DNA of 63,081 bases, the filler included, from Octopus bimaculoides (taxonomy: Eukaryota): the NCBI RefSeq assembly GCF_001194135.2. It is 5 parts of 4 records of this genome, joined end to end, with 100 filler letters (N's around TTAATTAATTAA, not from the genome) between each part and the next. Parts side by side here need not be neighbours in the genome. Positions count along the whole stretch, not along the records: positions 42,336 to 59,326 come from NC_068982.1; positions 59,427 to 63,081 come from NC_068990.1; 3 more parts are not named here. One strand, given 5' to 3'. Each line of letters begins with the position of its first letter. Within the stretch, counting starts at the first letter, position 1. The position numbers were made by a program, and so were the translations under genes. Positions 53,524 through 63,081 of the stretch are shown piece after piece. The notes below the pieces were generated by a model. The model saw nothing but the letters and a program-made list of their open reading frames with translations, was not told the DNA's origin and ran no database searches.

Positions 53524-54507
53524 ATGGTGCACAGTGCACAGTGTGTAAGACCATGCAAAATTTTGTCCCACCATAAAATAATAAACTTGAAACGAGAGAG
53601 AGAGACGAAGAGAGAATAAGTGAGAGAGGAACTACTTAGAGGAAGAGAGAATTAGGTTGAGATAATTAGTAAATATCTGGTAAACAACGGCGAGTTAATC
53701 TGGTTGTTACAGAAGCAGCGAGAACCAACAGAAAGGTAGAACTGCTGAAGAGACTGAGGAGTAATGGAAAGGAGAGTTGGGCAGCAGAGTTGCAGGAAAC
53801 AGACATCGTTTCTTCTGTAGGAATCCTTCACAATGAATGCCAGGATTGAGATGTTGTCCAGAAATGTATAGGAAATACACTAGTGTTAGAAATGGGAACA
53901 TGAGAATGATAGCGACAAGGATGATGATGATGGAGATGGTGGTGGTGGTAGTGACGGTGGCGGTTGTGATTAGATGGTAAACGAAAGAAGAAATACGCAA
54001 TTTCAAGAGAAAGAGAGCAAAAATACTATGAAAACTTCAATCTATATATCTGTTGATATATGTGTGTATGTGTTCGTACGCACACATACATTGTCTTCTG
54101 TTAATATTCATTTACTTGCCTGAATAATAAGTCCTTGTAGTTCATCTGTATATTTATACACACATACAAATGCATAGATAGAATGTGCATATGTAGTAGT
54201 TTAAATTGTTATATTATTGATTAAAGTTTCACATGTTTAAAGTGTTAGGAAACGTAGATAGTTTGAAGTTCAAAACAGACCCAAGTCATCCCTTCAAGAA
54301 TGTCTTATTTCCTGTTGGCGAGAATAAACTTAGACGAAATTGGATGCAACAAGAGCAGCTATATAGGAAAACATCGTCGTCATCGTCGCCATCGTCATCA
54401 ACATCATCGTCATCATCATCTTCATCATCATCATCATCATCATCATTATTGTCGTCGTCGTCATCACCATCGTCCACCATACAACAACAACAACAATAAT
54501 AATAATG

Positions 54508-54586
<79 letters not shown>

Positions 54587-54597
54587 TAATAATAATA

Positions 54598-55520
54598 AGC
54601 GAGCGAATAATGCAGATATTGACAAAGCCCTTACCCATCAATGGCTAATGGCCTCTGGCTTGAAATCAGAAACAGAGGGGTTTATCATNNNNNNNNNNNN
54701 NNNNNNNNNNNNNNNNNNNNNNNNNNNNNNNNNNNNNNNNNNNNNNNNNNNNNNNNNNNNNNNNNNNNNNNNNNNNNNNNNNNNNNNNNNNNNNNNNNNN
54801 NNNNNNNNNNNNNNNNNNNNNNNNNNNNNNNNNNNNNNNNNNNNNNNNNNNNNNNNNNNNNNNNNNNNNNNNNNNNNNNNNNNNNNNNNNNNNNNNNNNN
54901 NNNNNNNNNNNNNNNNNNNNNNNNNNNNNNNNNNNNNNNNNNNNNNNNNNNNNNNNNNNNNNNNNNNNNNNNNNNNNNNNNNNNNNNNNNNNNNNNNNNN
55001 NNNNNNNNNNNNNNNNNNNNNNNNNNNNNNNNNNNNNNNNNNNNNNNNNNNNNNNNNNNNNNNNNNNNNNNNNNNNNNNNNNNNNNNNNNNNNNNNNNNN
55101 NNNNNNNNNNNNNNNNNNNNNNNNNNNNNNNNNNNNNNNNNNNNNNNNNNNNNNNNNNNNNNNNNNNNNNNNNNNNNNNNNNNNNNNNNNNNNNNNNNNN
55201 NNNNNNNNNNNNNNNNNGGGCTGATTACTACCTAGCTCAGATACCAGGAAACCCCAAAATGGCGGAAGTTCAAAAGATAGTGCTCATGGGAACTGCCCAT
55301 ATCCTACGTAAAATACTGTCTATGCGATCTCAAATTTTAAAACAAACATAATTTTCATATGGTCTCTTAAACATTCTCTAGAACAACACTATGTACAAAT
55401 CCAAATATATGGCACCCTAGGCATAACACCTACATGAACTTCTAACTTGTTGTCTCTTGAGGTCTCTGAGTGAGACTTGGATCCAACTTGTACAAATGCA
55501 AAGCAAAAGTCAAACATAAA
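54598..55520 (+). mobile_element. R4/Dong-like non-LTR retrotransposon (5'-truncated, gapped)
   Basis: DKALTHQWLMASGLKSETEGFI (LKxETEGFI motif) and AEVQKIVLMGTAHILRKILS C-terminus. Preceded by long (AAT)n and followed by AATAATAATGATGAT. Confidence 0.75.
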
Positions 55521-55551
55521 ATAATAATGATGATGATGATGATGATGATGA

Positions 55552-56130
55552 TGTACGATCTCGGCAGAGCACGTAAATTGTACAAACATGTACCAGAGGG
55601 CGTCAGTGAGAACAAGGACTATAAGATCCTGTGGAATTTTACAATCCAATGTGACTCCCTAATCGATGCTCGAGACCAGACATTGCTGTAGTAGATTAAA
55701 AGAAGAAGAAACGAAGATTCTAGGTATTGCCATACCTTGGGATGCACGCGTAGACGACAAAGAGCTGAAAAGATGGAGAAATACAGACTACTAAAAGACA
55801 AAATTGTAAGAATGTGCGCAATGAGCAGGGTAACTGTTCTGCCAGTAGTTGCAGGGGCACTCGGAACACAAACAACCAGATTCAAGAAATATGTCGGAGT
55901 AATAGGAATTTACATGAAGGAAGAGCAGGCCCAAAATACAGCTATATTGGGGGGGGGGGGTAGTTAGGATTTTGAGATTGGTGTTTGGGTGTAGAGTATA
56001 TTTCATGTTAAGTTACTATTCAAGTACGAAAGCATGTAATTTGCGGAAAGAGACCCTGAGAGACCTTTGACAACAGGTTGCTGTCCGCTTTCACAGAATC
56101 AACGAGAGCAAGACTGAGAGCGCTGAGGAG
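55552..56130 (+). mobile_element. Second R4/Dong-like fragment, restriction-like endonuclease domain
   Basis: YKHVPEGVSENKDYKILWNFTIQCD...RPDIAVVD...IAIPWD...EKMEKYRLL...VLPVVAGALG: PD..D / EK.KY REL motifs with frameshifts, followed by (AAT)n. Confidence 0.8.
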
Positions 56131-56229
56131 GAGAGTAATGATAATAACAACAGCAAAAACAACAACAACAATAACAATAATAATAATAATAATATTAATA
56201 ATAATAATAATAATAATAATTACTATAAT

Positions 56230-57445
56230 TATTTCATTTTTTGGCCACTAGGGCCGACATGTAGGGGGACAATACAGTAGACATGGACAGTGGGGATTTT
56301 ACACAAAAACAACGAGTACACAATTAAAACAATAACAGTAATATCAAACAAAAAGAATGTAACAATGAAAGTTCCCCGGGGCGACCGCCTGGAGTTGGTT
56401 CCGGTACCCCACCAATCCTGAACCACTCGACTCTTCGAGGGCATCTGGGAAAAACACCCTTCTCCTCAAATTCACTAGCCTACAGGCGCATTATTAGAGT
56501 AGGTCCACTCACAAGGGACATTTTCGCTACATTCACCCACCTTTTAGCAAATGTACTGGGAGGCAGCACTTCTCTCTCCATCCTCATCTTCCTTTCTAAG
56601 TGAAATTTGAAAAAGTTGATGAGAGATTGACCGAAGAGAAAAGTGCCTGTCTTCAATCCTTTCAACCTGGTCCACCATAGAAACTCTTTTGCTACTGCTA
56701 TCAGAGAGAGGAAAATTACCTACCCTTCCGGACCAATGGAAGGTGGCGGATTGACCTTCACACTCGGCCGATAGCCGGATCCGTCCTACACGTGATAACA
56801 GCTGTTCAACATAACTCCACAAATCAGTAATGCAAGGACACTGGACGAGTGCGCGCAGTACGGCTTCGTCGCTCTGTGTGCATCTCGGACAGGTCCGTCT
56901 AACAGCACTTCCGTGCCTGTAGGGTTTATCTCGAACCGGCAGTGCCCCGGCAGTGCCTCGGCAGTGCCCCGGCAGTGCCCCGGCAGTGCCCCGGCAGTGC
57001 CCCGGCAGTACCCCGGCAGTGCCCCGGCAGCACTGCCAAGCTAGGGATTTCTGGAAGTTATCCATCGTCCCCGACTCAAAAGTCCTCCTGAAAAGACTGG
57101 TCAGTTCGATTTCGTCAACCCCTAGCGTTTCTCCAAGTGCATCATCGCTCTTTCCCTCCACTAACCTTCTGTAGAACTCAAGAGTGGATGTTCCATTGAT
57201 TGCATTGGCCGGCTGGTAGAGGGCAGTGAGTGCCTGGCAACATTCCAGATGCCAGTCACCCTGTCTCGGTCTCTTGTTGACCCAGGATTACAACTCAGTC
57301 AAGGAGACGAGCTGGGGAAAGGCCTGTTTGACAAACGGCGACCACACCTGTTCATCGTTTAGGCAGAAAATCTGGAGATGCCGCAGTCTCATTGTAGTCT
57401 GTGCATCATTAGCGACGGCATTCACAGCCGTCCGCGTAGACGGTG
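56230..57445 (-). mobile_element. 5'-truncated Tx1-like L1 LINE, ORF2 C-terminus and 3'UTR
   Basis: FQKSLAWQC...LPVRDKPYRHG...TCPRCTQSDEAVLRALVQCP (decayed CCHC / zf-RVT region), FAKRWVNVAK end, 3'UTR and (TAA)n tail. Confidence 0.8.
56938..57030. repeat. 11-bp minisatellite (GGCAGTGCCCC)x8 inside the LINE ORF2
   Basis: Eight units counted directly; two carry one substitution each. Confidence 0.95.
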
Positions 57446-57878
57446 TTATTATGGGTAATGTCTAGGAAAATTTTGAGAGGATATAGAATAAATAAAAGAG
57501 AAAAAAAATAGAAGAGAAAAAATAGTAGGAGAGAACAGCAGCAGAGAAAAAATATCGAGAGGCAAGAGGAATTAACGTCCAGTTGGCTAGACGTCCCATC
57601 CAAAAAAGACGGACAGACTGGGAAAATGACTTGTAGTCATGTGTGATCAACAGGCAGAGGGGAAGGGGGACAAGAGAGAGAGGTGAAGGGAATCTCTGTG
57701 TGTTTACGTATCTTTCACTCATTAGTAATATCCTGTACTTAATGCGTATTTTTGTTTTGTATGTTTTTGTACTTTCCCGTACTAATTTGTCGTGTATTTA
57801 CCTATTTTTCAGTCGCTGATGTCCAGTACGTAATGTGTATTTTTAATTTTATAGACATATATTTTTAGATTATATATA

Positions 57879-57904
<26 letters not shown>

Positions 57905-57911
<7 letters not shown>

Positions 57912-58075
57912 GGGAGAATATACGAAAAAACAACAACAGACGAGGACAGGTGGTGTAAATAACAAAAGGATGTATTAGTATGACGCTCGGGAATACGGAA
58001 AGTCTTTGACGTTTCGAGCTACGCTCTTCAACAGAAAGAATACGGAGACAAGGAGAAAAACACGGAGAAAAAAAA
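57905..58075 (-). mobile_element. Penelope-like element end carrying a hammerhead-like fold
   Basis: Minus strand TCTTT-CTGTTGA-A-GAG-CGTAG-CTC-GAAAC-GTC-AAAGA at 58039-58003. Confidence 0.55.
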
Positions 58076-58581
58076 NNNNNNNNNNNNNNNNNNNNNNNNN
58101 NNNNNNNNNNNNNNNNNNNNNNNNNNNNNNNNNNNNNNNNNNNNNNNNNNNNNNNNNNNNNNNNNNNNNNNNNNNNNNNNNNNNNNNNNNNNNNNNNNNN
58201 NNNNNNNNNNNNNNNNNNNNNNNNNNNNNNNNNNNNNNNNNNNNNNNNNNNNNNNNNNNNNNNNNNNNNNNNNNNNNNNNNNNNNNNNNNNNNNNNNNNN
58301 NNNNNNNNNNNNNNNNNNNNNNNNNNNNNNNNNNNNNNNNNNNNNNNNNNNNNNNNNNNNNNNNNNNNNNNNNNNNNNNNNNNNNNNNNNNNNNNNNNNN
58401 NNNNNNNNNNNNNNNNNNNNNNNNNNNNNNNNNNNNNNNNNNNNNNNNNNNNNNNNNNNNNNNNNNNNNNNNNNNNNNNNNNNNNNNNNNNNNNNNNNNN
58501 NNNNNNNNNNNNNNNNNNNNNNNNNNNNNNNNNNNNNNNNNNNNNNNNNNNNNNNNNNNNNNNNNNNNNNNNNNNNNNNNN

Positions 58582-58628
<47 letters not shown>

Positions 58629-58629
<1 letters not shown>

Positions 58630-58670
58630 TAGTAGAGATATCCAGCGTTGCTCGGGTTTCAAATGGCAGT
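58629..58670 (-). mobile_element. Helitron 3' terminus
   Basis: Minus strand CCCGAGCAACGCTGG (short imperfect hairpin), 9 nt, then CTAG^T. Confidence 0.6.
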
Positions 58671-59070
58671 TTTTTTTGTTTTACTTGTTTCAGTCATGTG
58701 ACTGCGGGCATGCTGGAGCACCGCCTTTAGTCGAAGAAATCGGCCCCACGATTTATTATTTGCAAGCCAAGATATATATATATATATACTCACATATGTA
58801 TACATATATATATGTATCTATATACTTATATACATACATATATATACGTATATATACATGCAAATATATACACACACACACACATATATATATATACATT
58901 ATATACATATATACATATGCATACATATAACACTATACATATGCATTGATACATATACATATACATTTATATATATATGTGCATATATATATGTGCATAT
59001 GTATATACACATATACACATGCAAACATATATATATATATATATATACATAATACACACACACATACACA

Positions 59071-59114
<44 letters not shown>

Positions 59115-59702
59115 CACATATACATATGTTTCACTATGTATATATTATATACATATTGAAAGTAATAATAGTGAAACTATTAAAATTAAAAGTATTATCT
59201 CACATTACAATAGATATGTTAGTATTTCATTTTTTACATGTAATACTGAAATAAGAGATTGCTTCGGGCTCGCATTAGGCAAGAAATTGAAATTTTATTT
59301 TGTCCCATGACACTGCATGGACCCTANNNNNNNNNNNNNNNNNNNNNNNNNNNNNNNNNNNNNNNNNNNNTTAATTAATTAANNNNNNNNNNNNNNNNNN
59401 NNNNNNNNNNNNNNNNNNNNNNNNNNTATATATACATACATATATATATATAAGTAGGTACAGGGATGGTTATGTGGTAAAGAAGTTTGCTTCCTGACCT
59501 CATGGTGCTGGATTCACATCAACTGTGTGGCACTATTGGCAAATGTCTTCTACTATAGCTTTAGGTTGACAAGCCTTGTGAGTGGATCTGGTAGAGAGAA
59601 ACTGAAATAAGCCCGTTGTATGTGTGTGTGTTTGTGTGTGCGTGCGTGCATGTGTGCATGTGTGTGCATGTGTGAGCATGTGTGTGCTCGCATGCTTGTA
59701 TC

Positions 59703-59737
<35 letters not shown>

Positions 59738-61580
59738 CTATGTGTATGTGTTAACATACATAGAATATAAGGATATTAATATTGGTTTCTAATTCAGACA
59801 CAATGGTAATTCTAAGAGGAGATGTAATTATTGATGGAAGTAAAAAAGGTAAAGACCCCTTTGGTCATGAACGACCAGGAGATTGTACCTAGTAAGTTCC
59901 CCTCCGAGGCACAAATCTCGGCAAGGTTCTTTGTGGAAGACCAGCAGTCGCCCATGCATACCAGCCTCCCTTCTCCACACCACTGATGTTCTCCAATGGA
60001 AAGACAAATGCCGACACAGCTTGGCACCGGTGATGGTGCAGCTCATTCCTACAGCCAAGTGAACTGGAGCATCATGAAATAAAGTGCCTTGCTCAAGAAT
60101 ACAATACACAGCCTGGTCTGGGAATCGAACTCACTACCTCTTGATTGTGCCCCCAAAGCTCTAACCACCAAGCTGTTTGCCTTCACTGATGAAAGTGCAG
60201 GTGTACCTACCAAAGAGTCATTTGTTTTAATAGCTAGATAACCATATTAAGAAAAACAGTTGACAAGTTTTTAACTTGTTTTTTTTGTGATCAGTTGTTA
60301 TAATGCCAAGAGCATTCACAATTCTATAAAAAATCTTTTTTTTCTTTTGTAAAACAGTTTATAATTTTAAAATGTGATAGGCTGTGCAAGTATTTATACA
60401 AATGCAGTTATAAGGTTGTAAAGAGGTGTTTAACATCTACTGAAGCAGAAAGTAGCATGTCTCTTTATACATGGCTTGTATGCCATGATTGTACACTTCC
60501 TATACATATTTTGAACTTTAACTTCCTTAGAATTATCTATATTCAGATTGATCCAAAAAAGATTTTTACATCATAGCTGTATCCAATGATTTCTCACTTT
60601 AGTATATCACAGAATGACTACTGTATCAAAACCCAGTATTTATCTCATTTTTAAATCTTTTTAACTTCAGTTCCATTAAAAAACGGTATTTTATTATCCA
60701 CAATGCTAACTTTACAGAAACCAATAGTAAAAATGTGCTTTGAATTTCCACCTTTCATTCCACCAAATGCAAATAAAATAAATTTGATGGTGCCACATGA
60801 AAAGCACAGGTGTTGGTGCCAAGTAAAAAGCACTGGTGATGGTGCCAGGTACAAAGCATCCAGCATATTCTATAAAGTGCTCGACATTAAGAAGGACATC
60901 CAGGTGTAGAAACCATGCCAAAACAAACTATGGAACCTTGGTATGATTCTTGGCCTTGCCAGTTCTTGTGAAACTATCCAACCCATTCCAGCATGGAAAA
61001 TAGGCATTAAAGGATGATGATGATGGTGATGATGAAGCTGAGATCCTTAGAATTAACAGGTTACGTACTTTTATCAATATTAGTTTGGAAGGTGGCTTTG
61101 TTAATTTTATTAAAAAGAAAATAGCTGTAAAATGCAGATATATTGAAAGTTATTATCAATGATCCTTCAATTTACTTTCTCTTAAGTGAAATAAGTCATA
61201 GAACAAATGCTATAAATATCTTTTTAGAATATTCTTCCAGAATTCAAACCAAAGACTAAGAATTTTAACTTAAGACATTGAACTTTTATGTCAAACTAAG
61301 CTGGGAAATATAATTAATTATCAGGTATTTGAATCTTTAGATTGAGAATATCTGAAATGAGCTACCTTCAGTTATTCTACTGGCAAAAAAATGCTCTTAT
61401 ATTTTTGAGTTAAAAAGTATGAAGATATTGACAGAGAACCATGAGAGATAACTTGGCATGAGAATGAAATTACAAGACCAAACAATACAGGATTTATATT
61501 TCTTCAAACAAAAAATAGGGAGATAAACTTTGTTATGTCACAATTAGTGATAAACTTATTGTTATTATTTCATTCTTCAG

Positions 61581-61620
61581 TTGCAATGAAAGGCTGTTTT
61601 CTTTGGTGAACAATATAAAG
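61581..61620 (+). CDS. Candidate orphan 40-nt exon (phase 2 to 0), xCNERLFSLVNNIK
   Basis: Acceptor ttatttcattcttcag, donor AAG|GTAAAA, one open frame. No recognisable homology. Confidence 0.35.
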
Positions 61621-62986
61621 GTAAAAACAGTCTCTGTTTAAGTATAGAATGACTAAACGTTTAATTGCATAAAATTGAAAAAAATCTTTTTAAAAGCATA
61701 ACACATATTGAGTAGTATTTGTGTAAAAATATAAATGAAACTAAATGATATACCAATGAAGAAGATGAAAAATGTTTTATTAGAATAAGTTTTGATAAAG
61801 TTCCTTTATCTTTTACTTGGTTCAGCCATTAAACTGTAGCCATACTAGGGCACCACTTTGAAGAATTTTAGTTGAATGAATTGATCCCAGTACTTATAAA
61901 GTCTGGTACTTATTTCATTTGTCCCTTTTGCTGAACTGCTAGATTACGGGTATGTAAATATGCAAACACTAGTTGTCAAGCAGTGATGGAGAGACAAACA
62001 CAGACACAAAGACACACATGCATACACACACACACACATGCATGCATGCGTGGACACACACACACACGAATGAACTCCTTTTTAGTTTCTTTCTACCAAA
62101 TTTACTCATAACACTTTGGTCAATCAGAAGCTATAGTAGAAAACACTTGCCCAAGGTGCCACATAGTGGGATTGAGCCCAGAACCATGTGGTTGAGAAGC
62201 AAACATCTACCCACACAGCCATGCCTGCACTTGTGTTGTTGATTTTTTTTTTTATTTAACTTAGAAAATATCTCAGAAAACCGTCTGGCATCCTGGAAGC
62301 TTCGTCATCTGCTGTGAATAAGTAACAGTTGAGCAACAATCACTTCCTAGTGAACTACATGAAGATCTGTGTCTTGAATCTCTTGTGTGTTACAAATCAT
62401 TAACCCTCTTCGGACACCAAGGCCAATTGATCAAACCAAGTGGTACAAGCTGAAAGAATTTTCGGGCCAATCCATTGACCCAATGGAACAAATGTTGTGA
62501 ATGGTTAGTTTTGAAGAGTAATAGCTAATCAGAGATAGTCTTTCAGTAGATGAATTTGATTAGGAAAAAAAAATTTGGGATTTATTAGCTACATGTAACA
62601 AAACATCATGTGTCTCAAAAGGATTAAATGCTGTTATCTCTAGTTTATATTGCTCAGATAAATATCATTACTAACACTGATTATCATCATCATCATCAGC
62701 ATCGCCATGTTTATTCTTTATTCATTTCATGTAGCTCCACTTTTCCATACTTACATGATTTTCTATGTCTGGATGCCCGTCCTGTCAGTTTCCCTTGCCA
62801 GTTTCCAAATAAAATGATATTTTTCAATGACCAGTCATGGTTGATAAGAAATTAACATCACATCATGTGATGGTTTACAAACATCACATCATGTGATGGT
62901 TTACAACCATCACATGATATCAAGACAAGGATACAAACACATATGTACATATACATATGTAAGTGCACGTATGTACATGCATACAT

Positions 62987-63025
<39 letters not shown>

Positions 63026-63030
63026 CGCAC

Positions 63031-63075
<45 letters not shown>

Positions 63076-63081
63076 TATATA

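Noticed and set aside
53196-53558. 120-aa His/Gln-rich minus-strand ORF
   Set aside because: Both ends are microsatellite-derived, and the unique middle has no recognisable homology or clear donor.
60718-60782. Possible terminal exon ETNSKNVL-stop with nearby AATAAA
   Set aside because: The acceptor has almost no pyrimidine tract, a competing acceptor lies upstream, and two scaffold joins separate it from the gene.

Overview
AT-rich, gapped animal genomic DNA dense in microsatellites and repeats. The SINE families resemble those I recall from octopus, so a coleoid cephalopod is likely (inference). Four artificial TTAATTAATTAA spacers inside N runs mark scaffold joins. The only host gene I recognise is a voltage-gated proton channel (Hv1/HVCN1-like) on the + strand: an S3-S4 exon with the [11 protein letters not shown] signature (31679-31817), a coiled-coil exon (34042-34157) and a probable further exon (39530-39620). 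I could not find its S1/S2 exons. Most of the rest is transposon debris: tRNA-derived SINEs, RTE, CR1/L2, Tx1-like L1, R4/Dong-like and Penelope-like retroelements, pogo, Tc1/mariner, hAT and Helitron ends, and a Gypsy integrase remnant with two different LTRs. The most notable observations are (1) a perfect six-unit heat-shock element 44 bp upstream of a TATA box in a Gypsy LTR that points antisense into the proton-channel exon about 120 bp away, (2) a 128-bp spacer-less palindrome, (3) a hammerhead-ribozyme-like fold in a Penelope-like end, and (4) an open C-terminal extension of the channel. Almost all ORFs in the supplied track are microsatellite or N-gap artefacts.
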